A stretch of DNA of 62,731 nt, counting the filler, from Candidatus Woesearchaeota archaeon (lineage in GTDB: Archaea > Nanobdellota > Nanobdellia > Woesearchaeales > JACPBO01), in NCBI GenBank assembly GCA_016180285.1. It is 4 parts of 3 records of this genome, joined end to end, with 100 filler letters (N's around TTAATTAATTAA, not from the genome) between each part and the next. Parts side by side here need not be neighbours in the genome. Positions count along the whole stretch, not along the records: positions 33,329 to 49,968 come from JACPBO010000035.1; positions 50,069 to 62,731 come from JACPBO010000046.1; 2 more parts are not named here. One strand, 5' to 3'. The position numbers were made by a program, and so were the translations under genes. Positions 40,878-50,137 of this stretch are shown one piece after another; positions within the stretch are counted from its first letter, which is position 1; the number at the start of each line of letters is the position of its first letter. The notes beneath the pieces were generated by a model that made no database searches, was not told the DNA's origin, and saw nothing but the letters and a program-made list of their open reading frames with translations.

Positions 40878-41207
40878 TTATACTGTAACTTCTATTTTTT
40901 GCCTTTTAGCGTGTTTCTTTAGTTCTTCCAAAGTCAGCATGTCAGATATTTCAATTAATTTTTTTATTTTTGGGTTGTCTTTGTTCAGCTTGAAAAGCTT
41001 GGCTTTCCCTATATCTCTTGTGCGGGCTATTATCCTGTTTTTAATAAGATTATCCCATATTCTGTACAATGTTGCCCTTCCAATCCCTGCATTTTCCGCC
41101 ATATCAGTTATAGAGAAGTCTAGATCTCTTTCTGTTAATAAATAGTCTAATACCCTTATCATAGGCGAATCACCCATAAATTTTATAAATAACAAGTTAG
41201 TTCTCAT
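40878..41207 (-). CDS. HTH transcriptional regulator
   Basis: FSITDMAENAGIGRATLYRIW HTH. Confidence 0.8.
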   Translation of the reverse strand: MRTNLLFIKFMGDSPMIRVLDYLLTERDLDFSITDMAENAGIGRATLYRIWDNLIKNRIIARTRDIGKAKLFKLNKDNPKIKKLIEISDMLTLEELKKHAKRQKIEVTV

Positions 41208-41309
41208 ATATTATCGCGTTATAGGTTAAATATAACTAGTATATAAATTTAAACCAAAAAACCAATAAATATTAAAAAAAGAAACAGAGGAAAATTAAAG
41301 GGGTGTAAA

Positions 41310-42059
41310 ATGGAAGTTATTGTTTTGGGATCTGGAACATGCGTTCCAAATCTGCATAGAAGCGAAAGCGCATATGTGATCAAGGCAGGAAAACAGCAGC
41401 TATTGTTTGACTGCGGAGCTGGTACAAAAAGAAGGTTGGTGGAAGCAAAAATATACCTCAGAAAAATAGATTATATGTTTTTTACACATTGTCACAATGA
41501 CCACATAAATGATTTGCCAGCTTTACTTTGGTCTTATGCTTACACTGGCTTTACACGCAAAAAAGAAATGAAGTTGGTTGGGCCTAAAGGATTTAAAGAA
41601 TATTTTAAAGTTGTATTTAAGCTTCTTAAATTTGAAAACATGCCATTCAAAATAAATATCAAAGAAGTTAAAAACAATACAACTCAGATTGATGGAGCAT
41701 ATATAAAGTCAGCCCCAATAATTCATTCCAAGAATTGGAATAATGTGGCATATCGCATAGAATATCATGGAAAGGCAATTGTTTATTCTGGTGATGCAGA
41801 ATATACTGATGAACTTGTTGAATTGGCCAAAAATACCGATCTGCTTATTCTGGAATGCTCCAATCCAAACGAAGCTAAATTCCCGGGGCATCTGATACCT
41901 GATGAATGCGGCAAAATAGCAGCAAGGGCGAATGCAAAAGTACTGATGCTTACACATTTCTATCCAAAGGTGGAAAAAATAAATATAAAAGCGCAGATTG
42001 CAAAAATATTCAAGGGAAAAATAATCATTGCAAAAGACTTAATGAGGCTGAAAGTTTAA
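41310..42059 (+). CDS. RNase Z-like MBL-fold hydrolase
   Basis: LGSG, DCG, THCHNDH, YSGD and LTHFYP motifs. Confidence 0.9.
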   Translation: MEVIVLGSGTCVPNLHRSESAYVIKAGKQQLLFDCGAGTKRRLVEAKIYLRKIDYMFFTHCHNDHINDLPALLWSYAYTGFTRKKEMKLVGPKGFKEYFKVVFKLLKFENMPFKINIKEVKNNTTQIDGAYIKSAPIIHSKNWNNVAYRIEYHGKAIVYSGDAEYTDELVELAKNTDLLILECSNPNEAKFPGHLIPDECGKIAARANAKVLMLTHFYPKVEKINIKAQIAKIFKGKIIIAKDLMRLKV

Positions 42060-42538
42060 TGGAAAACAAAACAAAGACCATTGTATGCGGTGTATTGGTA
42101 ATAGATAACGAAGTTCTTCTGATCAAAAGAGTCAAGCCGCCTTATATGGGTTATTGGGCCATGGTTGGTGGAAAGCTTGAATTTGGCGAGCATGTTGAAG
42201 AGGCTGCTGTTCGAGAGTTTTATGAGGAGACTGGCATTAAGACAGAATTTGAAAGTATTGCTGGGATTGCATCTGAAATTGTCTATAGCAAAAATGAAAA
42301 GACGGGCCATTTTTTAATATTTGTCTGCAGAGTGAAATCTGGGAATAAAAATTTTATTGAAACAGAGGAAGGCAATCTAAAATGGTTTGATTTAAATAAT
42401 TTAGATAAAGAAAAGATTGTTCCAAGTGATATTTTGATGATCCAGGAATTTATCCTGAAAAATAAAAGAGTGAATGTCCATAAAATAAAAATGGTTGAAG
42501 ACGGCGATAAATACTCTGTGGAGGAATTCACAGCATGA
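42059..42538 (+). CDS. Nudix hydrolase (MutT-like)
   Basis: GGKLEFGEHVEEAAVREFYEETG. ATG overlaps the upstream TAA. Confidence 0.9.
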   Translation: MENKTKTIVCGVLVIDNEVLLIKRVKPPYMGYWAMVGGKLEFGEHVEEAAVREFYEETGIKTEFESIAGIASEIVYSKNEKTGHFLIFVCRVKSGNKNFIETEEGNLKWFDLNNLDKEKIVPSDILMIQEFILKNKRVNVHKIKMVEDGDKYSVEEFTA

Positions 42539-42924
42539 AGCAGAGCTTTGAGGAATTGGTTGTTGCGATCAAAAAAACGCTTGAAAAATGCCCATGGGCT
42601 AAAGAGCAGACTATAGAGAAGCACAAAGAGGAGATATTAAGCGAAGCAGAGGAGATTGCAGAAGCCATTGACAAAAAGGATTATGAGAATTTAAAGGAAG
42701 AGCTTGGAGATCTTTTTTATGACATTCTGTTTATTTGCGCAATATCAGAAGAAAAGAAGTTATTCACAACAAAAGAAGTCATTGATGGCGTAAAAGATAA
42801 ATTGGTCAGAAGAAAGCCATGGGTTTTCGGGAATGAAACAGTAAAAAGCAGCGAGGAAGCTGTGAAAAGATGGGATGAGATAAAGAAAAAAGAAAGATTT
42901 AAAAACAAGGAATTGCTTCAATAA
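42535..42924 (+). CDS. MazG-family NTP pyrophosphohydrolase
   Basis: CPWAKEQT, EELGDL and KLVRRKPWVFG motifs. Confidence 0.9.
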   Translation: MKQSFEELVVAIKKTLEKCPWAKEQTIEKHKEEILSEAEEIAEAIDKKDYENLKEELGDLFYDILFICAISEEKKLFTTKEVIDGVKDKLVRRKPWVFGNETVKSSEEAVKRWDEIKKKERFKNKELLQ

Positions 42925-43028
42925 CCGGTATGGATAAAAACCAAGATCTTGATACGATCATTAGGCTTATTGTATTTTTGATCATAATCTTCGTATTATT
43001 AAAATTGTTCAAGATACTATAAAAAAAG

Positions 43029-43277
43029 GTGTGTGATATGCATATATTGCGGTCTTTATCATATTCCCTCTTTAAAAACATTAGCGAGTGGATTTATTTT
43101 TTCATCATAATTATAGTTTTATTCAATATGTTCACCGATTTCACACTCAAGCTGGGAGTTATCAAGGAAATCTTAACCATAAGCGATTTACAGTATTTTG
43201 GTTCTTTGTCAGTTATGCTTGCAATTAATAATTTTATTTCAAAAAGGTTCTTCGGATTAGAACTTTTTAAGGCATAA
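43029..43277 (+). CDS. Small membrane protein
   Basis: Two hydrophobic helices. Confidence 0.4.
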   Translation: MCDMHILRSLSYSLFKNISEWIYFFIIIIVLFNMFTDFTLKLGVIKEILTISDLQYFGSLSVMLAINNFISKRFFGLELFKA

Positions 43278-43281
43278 GCAA

Positions 43282-44160
43282 ATGAATTACATCACAAAAA
43301 AATCCATAAAACTTCCAAAAAGAGATCCTCAAAGCCACAAAGGGCAGAATGGAAGGGCTGCCATCATAGGCGGCAGCTTAGATTACACTGGAACGCTGGC
43401 TTTAGCCGGGATTGCTGCATTAAGATCTGGAGCAGACATAGTAACTGTATTCGCCCCTTCAAAAGTTTCATGGGCGCTTAATTGTTTGAGTGCAGATTTG
43501 GTTACAAGAAAATTAAAAGGCAATTATTTAAATAAAAAGCACATTAAGGAAATTTTAGAATTCTCAAAAAATGTTGATGCAATTTTGATGGGAAATGGAA
43601 TGACTGTAAAGAAGGAAACAAAAGAATGCGCAAGGATTTTTTTTAAAAAAATAAAAAAATTAAATAAAAAACTAGTTATTGATGCTGATGGAATAAAGAT
43701 TATTTCAATTGATGAAGTTGACAATGCTGTTATTACGCCGCACATTTTAGAACTGAAGTTGTTATTGGAAAACTCAAAAATAAATAGGAAGACTATTAAT
43801 GCAATAGTAAATGAAAAAAATATTGAAAATAAAGCGAAGCTTATGCAAAAAATATTAAAAAATAAGATAAAAAACAATATAATCCTTCTTAAAGGCCCGA
43901 TTGACGCGATAATCTCCAAAAATAAAATAGCTTACAACAAGACAGGCAATGCTGGAATGACAAAAGCTGGAACTGGAGATGTTCTGGCTGGCCTTTGTGT
44001 TGGATTTTTGGCGCAGAGCAGGGATCTGTGGCAGTCTGCTGTAAATGCTGCTTATTTTAATGGATTGATCGGAGATATTTTGCTGAAAAAGCATAAAGGC
44101 TACGCTTATTTGGCAAGTGATATGGCTGAAGAAGTAAAAAGAATCAGACTGTCATTGTAA
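43282..44160 (+). CDS. nnrD: ADP-dependent NAD(P)H-hydrate dehydratase
   Basis: SHKGQNG, VIDADG, ITPH, LKG and AGTGDVLAG motifs. Confidence 0.9.
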   Translation: MNYITKKSIKLPKRDPQSHKGQNGRAAIIGGSLDYTGTLALAGIAALRSGADIVTVFAPSKVSWALNCLSADLVTRKLKGNYLNKKHIKEILEFSKNVDAILMGNGMTVKKETKECARIFFKKIKKLNKKLVIDADGIKIISIDEVDNAVITPHILELKLLLENSKINRKTINAIVNEKNIENKAKLMQKILKNKIKNNIILLKGPIDAIISKNKIAYNKTGNAGMTKAGTGDVLAGLCVGFLAQSRDLWQSAVNAAYFNGLIGDILLKKHKGYAYLASDMAEEVKRIRLSL

Positions 44161-44227
44161 TCTTACACTTCTAAATAGTGGTAAATTTATAGAAAGGTTT
44201 AAATATAAAAAACCATTTCATTGCTTC

Positions 44228-46429
44228 ATGCACAGAAGAAAAACAGATATGTCCGAAACATCAGAATTATTGAGCCAGCATATTGATTTGAGAAGCAGCT
44301 GGGGAGCAGGAGCATGGAAGACCATATTACGCTATATTAGAAAGAAGGATACTTCTAAAATTTCCACAATAAAAAATCTGATTGGCATAGCTCCAGAGAA
44401 ATATCATTATCTAGATGAAATGCTGGATAATGTCCATGCTGCTGATATGGCTTATAATGCAACATGCATCGGAGGGCATAACTTTAAACAAGGCTACATA
44501 ATGAGAATTGGAACAAAGGATTTCTTCATAGGAAAGGAATGCTATGACATGCTCTCTCATTTTAGTTTGGGTGAGTTTAAGGAAACTGTGAAAGAAGCCA
44601 GCAAGAAGAAGAAAAGGAAAGAGCTTGAAGAACTGATTTTTGAGGTTTCTCCTGAGCTCAGAGAAACAATGGCAAAAGCAGGAATAGACGCAGAGCAGCT
44701 GCTGCTGATAAGCGAATTGATCAAAGACAACGTGCCTTTGAATGAGCAAAGCCTGCTGTATGAGCTTGACCCCGGCAAAAGGAGGAGCTTCTTAAATTAT
44801 TTCAGGGAAGGCATAAAAAACAAAACAATAACAAATGAAGAAATCATTTACATTCATGATAAGCTTCAGACTATTGCGCATCGTGTCAGCAGCGAGGAAC
44901 TGGCAAAACTGGTAATTTATTCTTATGAGTACAGGCCGTTTAAAACAGAAGCTGTTATGGGAATAGTAAAAGATGATTTGGAATATTTATCGAAGCTCAA
45001 GGATGATGAATTAGTCAAGCGATATGGAAGGATTGAACTTGATGAGCATTATGAAATACCTGCTGCAAGATATAGAGAACGAGAAGATTTTGAGAAATTG
45101 ACAGTAAAAGAGAGGCTAGATGAAAGCAAGCCATACATGACGTTCTTTGAGGCATGGGCTATAAAGCTGCATTTCAGGAAAAAAGGCCAAGATATTGAAA
45201 AGATAAGAATGGAGTCTAACAGGAAGGTAGCAGAAAAATATGGGGTTGGACCAAGCTGGCATTATATCCTGAAAGAAGTGGGCAGCATATTTGAAGAAGA
45301 GAAGGCAAAGCTCGCAAAGGAATTTAGTGAATTTGGAAGAATTGTATATGAACACGTATTAACAGAAAAAGAACACAAAATTGCAAAGGATTTCTTGGAA
45401 AGAAGCAGGATTGGCAGAATAACTGAAAGAGAAATTGAAAGGGAGAATTATCTCAGAATGTTCAGCATAAGAGAGTTCATGGAGACTGCGCCAGTTATTG
45501 TTTCAATTGGAAGAAAAGTAAGATTTGCAAGAAGAATGTACGAGAACACCGGAGATGAGTGGCTGAAGCAGGGGCTTATTAAGCAGGATTATTTTTTAAA
45601 AGAGGAGCTTTCAGATAATTTTAAAGATTGGACCGGCATTGATAAGAACGCCGATGACCTTATTGACATGATCCTTAATGCCAGATTCGTAAAGAGCAAG
45701 AGATTTTCTGATTTCCAGGAAAAGCATGGAGCATTGATAAAAGAGATGTATGGCAACGGGCTGGTAGCTAAGAAATATCTGGGATCATTCGTAAAATATA
45801 ATGCTGTGCTTGAAAAAGAAAAGGTCAGGAAATTGAATGATGAAACTACGCAGAAGATGGAAAAAATTGAGGAATATAAAGAGCTGCCTTTCATTGACTA
45901 TAAAGGGTATTTTTCAATGATGATCAATCTGAAAAATACAAAATATGCGCCGAAGAAAATTGTTGATATAATAACTGCAACATATTCGAATTTTGAGAAG
46001 TTATTGCAGATGGCGCATTTTGATGAGAAAACGGATTTAGCAGAAATCGAAAGAAACATCAAAGAATTGAAAAAAGGAGCAGTCGTCTATATTGATGAAA
46101 GGAGAGATGCATCATCCCTTTGTCTTGAGATATATGACATTAAAGAAATGAAAGTGGGTTCATATGGGTTTTTTGCATATAACCTCAATCGTGTTAAAGA
46201 AGTTGTAGGTAAGATAAGATCATGCGAGAGGTCAGAAGTTGAAGTTGGCAATAATTTCCTAAAAAAATTAGAAAAGTTAACTGAAAAGAGAATTCTAAGA
46301 GAGAAAATTAGTGACTATGTCCGTTATATTACTTATGTAAAAGACAGGGAAGGCAAAAGGTTCTTCGCTTCAAAAGAGTTTAAGGAAAAGGTAGAGCGAG
46401 TTTACAACGAAGTTAAAGCCAAGCGCTGA
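44228..46429 (+). CDS. Large hypothetical protein with N-terminal Cys/His motif
   Basis: 733-aa ORF containing TCIGGH...FFIGKEC. Confidence 0.65.
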   Translation: MHRRKTDMSETSELLSQHIDLRSSWGAGAWKTILRYIRKKDTSKISTIKNLIGIAPEKYHYLDEMLDNVHAADMAYNATCIGGHNFKQGYIMRIGTKDFFIGKECYDMLSHFSLGEFKETVKEASKKKKRKELEELIFEVSPELRETMAKAGIDAEQLLLISELIKDNVPLNEQSLLYELDPGKRRSFLNYFREGIKNKTITNEEIIYIHDKLQTIAHRVSSEELAKLVIYSYEYRPFKTEAVMGIVKDDLEYLSKLKDDELVKRYGRIELDEHYEIPAARYREREDFEKLTVKERLDESKPYMTFFEAWAIKLHFRKKGQDIEKIRMESNRKVAEKYGVGPSWHYILKEVGSIFEEEKAKLAKEFSEFGRIVYEHVLTEKEHKIAKDFLERSRIGRITEREIERENYLRMFSIREFMETAPVIVSIGRKVRFARRMYENTGDEWLKQGLIKQDYFLKEELSDNFKDWTGIDKNADDLIDMILNARFVKSKRFSDFQEKHGALIKEMYGNGLVAKKYLGSFVKYNAVLEKEKVRKLNDETTQKMEKIEEYKELPFIDYKGYFSMMINLKNTKYAPKKIVDIITATYSNFEKLLQMAHFDEKTDLAEIERNIKELKKGAVVYIDERRDASSLCLEIYDIKEMKVGSYGFFAYNLNRVKEVVGKIRSCERSEVEVGNNFLKKLEKLTEKRILREKISDYVRYITYVKDREGKRFFASKEFKEKVERVYNEVKAKR

Positions 46430-46489
46430 AAAAAACTATATTCCTTTTAATCTGCGTCTTCCTAATTTCATAATTCAATATAACTCCCG

Positions 46490-47611
46490 TTAGAATCTGC
46501 AATGACATTTGCAGTTATCTTTGTCTAGCGTCAAGCCAGCCTGTTCCCACATGCTAACAGATTCTTTGCATAATGCAATAACTGCGTCACTTCTTTTTTT
46601 GATTTCTTCAACTACGAAACGGTATAACTCTGCTCTTATATCTGGTTCATATCTTTCTTTGCCATCTTCAAACCTTACTCTTTTCACTTGACCTTTAGAA
46701 CTTGTGGTTGCAGCTAACATACTTTCATCTAATAGTATACTATCTGGGAATCTCTCCCTAATATGCCTAAAAAGTCCCCTCTCCAGCCTGAAGCTACCAA
46801 GACTTATCCTAGTTGGGTTCACATTAGATAACACTTTTTCAACCATTTGCGCATATTTATTTTGCCAGCCATCAAACATCAAAAGAGGATCAAAGCGAAA
46901 TCTCACTTCATATCTTTTTTCTTGCACTTTTCTTGCCGCTTCAATTCTTTGATCTAAGCTGGCTGTTCTATGTTCAAGATTGTCTGTGACAAAATCACAA
47001 TTAATACTCCATGAAACAATTGTCTGGCCATTGTGCTCTAAGTCAAGCAGATTATCTATGCAATCTGATTTTGTTAACAATAATAGTTTTGAATCTGACT
47101 TAGCAAATAACGGAACCAATATCTTTGTTAGTGGATAGAGCTCATCGAAAGATAGGCTATCTTGTAATTCGCCCATGTCATAAACTTCTCTTTTTCCTTT
47201 CGCCATTCTTTGTTCTATTTGTACAACTAAATCGCTATGGTTTACATTAAATTTTATGAAGGGCATTATTTTTCGGTATGTTTGCTGCAGATAGCAATAT
47301 TCACAAGAAAAATAGCATCCATTTGTTATTGGCTTTATTTTTGTTAAACCAGCACAATAAGGTTCATCCCTTGTTGGGAAATGTTCAATAAAATTATCAG
47401 TTGTCCCAAGCATAAGTAATTGTTTTGCATCATTAACAACATCGGTGAAAGATTTGTCCTTTGTAGGGATTATTTCTGTTGCTTTTTGGGTTTCAACTAT
47501 TTCCGTAGGCACCCCTTCATATTTTTGCAAAACCCTTTTGGTTATATTATTGTCTATAACACCAGAATATACATATATTTTCCTAGGCTGAAAATTATCT
47601 AAAGTTGTCAT
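46490..47611 (-). CDS. Spore photoproduct lyase (SplB)-like radical SAM protein
   Basis: GCYFSCEYCYLQ, GELQDSL, LLTKS, VSWSIN, E..TASL..RIEAA, FDP and LCKE motifs. Confidence 0.88.
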   Translation of the reverse strand: MTTLDNFQPRKIYVYSGVIDNNITKRVLQKYEGVPTEIVETQKATEIIPTKDKSFTDVVNDAKQLLMLGTTDNFIEHFPTRDEPYCAGLTKIKPITNGCYFSCEYCYLQQTYRKIMPFIKFNVNHSDLVVQIEQRMAKGKREVYDMGELQDSLSFDELYPLTKILVPLFAKSDSKLLLLTKSDCIDNLLDLEHNGQTIVSWSINCDFVTDNLEHRTASLDQRIEAARKVQEKRYEVRFRFDPLLMFDGWQNKYAQMVEKVLSNVNPTRISLGSFRLERGLFRHIRERFPDSILLDESMLAATTSSKGQVKRVRFEDGKERYEPDIRAELYRFVVEEIKKRSDAVIALCKESVSMWEQAGLTLDKDNCKCHCRF

Positions 47612-48012
47612 TTTTCTTCTACAAATTCTGTCTTATATCTCTCCTTTTGAGCAATTTGTTTTAAAATTTCAAACAACAAGTATCTATGGCAATTATTTTT
47701 TTCTTGATTAGTTTTTTCATAACAACATAAAATAATCTTTTCTAGCTGCGCTCTCTTTAACAGATTCCTAAAATCATCCGGCCTTTCTTTAAAATGTGCC
47801 CTTTGCTCCTTCGTATAGATTTCCTTGTATTGTTTCCAACCCATCCCTTCTGCCTTGTATTGCCTTAATAGTTCTACCGAAGGTCCAAAAAAAGGCATTC
47901 TTTCGTATATTCGCGGGATGAAGGGAAGAGACTTTCTGCAGATTGCAATAATTGTTGCATCTGAATCTTTTTCTTTTTTCATAAAATAAGAGGTTGTTAT
48001 GTAGCCAGACAT
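47608..48012 (-). CDS. DUF488-family protein
   Basis: TSYF, PS.ELL...K, W..Y...Y and IILCCYEK...CHR motifs. Confidence 0.8.
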   Translation of the reverse strand: MSGYITTSYFMKKEKDSDATIIAICRKSLPFIPRIYERMPFFGPSVELLRQYKAEGMGWKQYKEIYTKEQRAHFKERPDDFRNLLKRAQLEKIILCCYEKTNQEKNNCHRYLLFEILKQIAQKERYKTEFVEEK

Positions 48013-49968
48013 CTTTTCACCTTATAACCTATGACAATCATGGGTGTCATCTTTCTTTCGCTAGTACCGCCTTCATAATCCAATGTAAACATTTGTTCGC
48101 ATGAATGTGTTTTTGCATAACTTTGCATCATTTGGTTTAAAGCTTTAACCTGGTCCTCAAAACCTGCTCTTTTCGCCCTTTCTTTTGATAATTCAGTTTC
48201 CTGTAAAGTGATATAAATAACAGCAGTATCTGCCAACAGGTTATTTTCAAATAAAGCTCTCATTGCCCTTTCTTTGTCTTGGCTTAGATGGCCTGTGAAG
48301 TCATAGTTAATATAATTATAACTCTTATCACGCATTTGACTAACCTCTTTGTCTAAGTTACCATGAATTATTTCTGTGCCTTTTAGAGCTTTTCTAGGCA
48401 TATCCTTTCTTTGCTGTATTGCTTTCATTGCGTTATAAACTCTTTTTTCTCTTTCAATAATAGTGGATGAGGAAGCGTCAAGATTAAGCAGTTCATAAAC
48501 ACCTAATAAACTTTGGAATCTTTCTGTTTCTAAACCTAAATAAGCAATACTGGTGTCTCCTAGAACTTTGGATGCTTCTTCGGCCATTATGGCTCTTATT
48601 GCTCCTTTATCACTAGAATGATACTGGGTAAAGCCAAATATCGAGGTATCATATATCTTTTGTTTTTTGATTTTTGATAAATCATAAGCGCTGAATTTCC
48701 CAGTTAGCCTTCTCCCTCTAGTTTCTGTTGAACCAATGAAATGCATGGGTCTGACAAATGAGTATTTTTCTTTTATATATTTTGGTTGGTGTTTGAGCCA
48801 GTCTATGACTGCTGCGCTTGGGGAACCTGCATAAACACGCAATAGCATTTGTTCTAAATTATACTCTATAGCCCCATCTTTATTTTTAAACTCAAACTGC
48901 TCGTTATGAAAATCACTAGCTTTTATATTCTTTATAACTTCAATCAAAGAGCCATATCTTCGCTTCAGTCTTTCTATTAACTGCCCTGTCAACTCTCTTC
49001 CATTTTGCTTGCCTCCTTCACCTCGCCATGTTCTTAGAGAGGCCATTCCAAAATACCATGGCTTTATACCAGCATATTCTTTGCGAAGTTCTTCATTAGG
49101 ATTGTTTTGTATCCAGTCCATGACTGCTGCGCTTGGAGAATTTCTGTAAACTTGACCTAACATCGATTTGAAATTGTATCTTAGGATACCCTCTTTATTT
49201 TTAAATTCAAACTGCTCATTATAAAAATCATCTTGTTTAATATTCTTTATAACTTCAATTAAAGAGCCATATCTTTGCTTTAGTCTTTCTATTAATTGTC
49301 CTGTTAACTCTCTGCTATTTTTCTTACTTTCTTCGTCTTTCCATGTGTCTAGAGGAACCCTTGCAAAATGCCATGGTCTTATTCCAGCATATTTCCTTCT
49401 TATTTCTTCATTTGAATTATTTTTTATCCAATCAATGACTGCTGCGCTTGGAGAACCTGTATAAACAAGGGTCAACATTGACAAGAGGTTGTATGTTATA
49501 ACCCCATCTTTATTCTTAAATTCAAACTGTTCATTATGAAAATCCTCGTATTTAATGTTCCTTATAACCTCAATCAAAGAGCCATACCTTTGCTTTAGTT
49601 TTTCTATTAACTGCCTTGTTAGCTCTCTTCCATTTTGCTTGCCTTCTTCATCTTTCCAAGTACCAGTAGGGACCCTTGCAAAATGCCATGGTCTTATTCC
49701 AGCATATTTCCTTCTTATTTTTTCATTTGAATTATTTTTTATCCAATCCATGACTGCTGCGCTTGGAGAATATGTATAAACTCTCTTTAACATTGGAAAT
49801 AAATTATATTCTATAACCCCCTCCTTATTTTTAAACTCAAACTGCTCATTATAAAAATCATCTTGTTTAATATTCTTTATAACCTCAATCAAAGAACCAT
49901 ATCTTTGCTTCAGTCTTTCTATTAGCTGTCCTGTTAACTCTCTTCCGTTTTTCTTGCCTCCTTCACCT
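47997..49968 (-). CDS. 105-aa tandem-repeat protein with C-terminal SAM-methyltransferase-like domain, 5'-partial
   Basis: Frame open to the contig edge. C-terminal AYLGLE / TIIERE / IIHGNL / YNYINYDFTG follows class I Rossmann strand order. Confidence 0.75.
48735..49968 (-). repeat. 315-bp coding tandem repeat, about 4 units visible, truncated by the contig end
   Basis: GCTGCGCTTGG recurs at 48811, 49126, 49441 and 49756. Confidence 0.95.
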
Positions 49969-50068
49969 NNNNNNNNNNNNNNNNNNNNNNNNNNNNNNNN
50001 NNNNNNNNNNNNTTAATTAATTAANNNNNNNNNNNNNNNNNNNNNNNNNNNNNNNNNNNNNNNNNNNN
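49969..50068. other. Artificial contig linker
   Basis: N-run with TTAATTAATTAA. Confidence 0.98.
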
Positions 50069-50137
50069 ACAAACATAGCCGGCAATCATGCTGCAACCAT
50101 GAACGAAGAATGGATAGTTATTATTGAGAAACAATAA
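50069..50137 (+). CDS. C-terminal fragment, probably the cognate DNA methyltransferase
   Basis: TNIAGNHAATMNEEWIVIIEKQ* resembles the end of M.MvaI-like enzymes. Abuts the convergent endonuclease stop. Confidence 0.5.
   Translation, partial: TNIAGNHAATMNEEWIVIIEKQ

Noticed and set aside
48780..49968. Diversity-generating retroelement TR/VR pair or CRISPR array
   Set aside because: All units are in-frame coding. Differences are not adenine-specific and include synonymous third positions. No reverse transcriptase, cas genes or spacer pattern is present.
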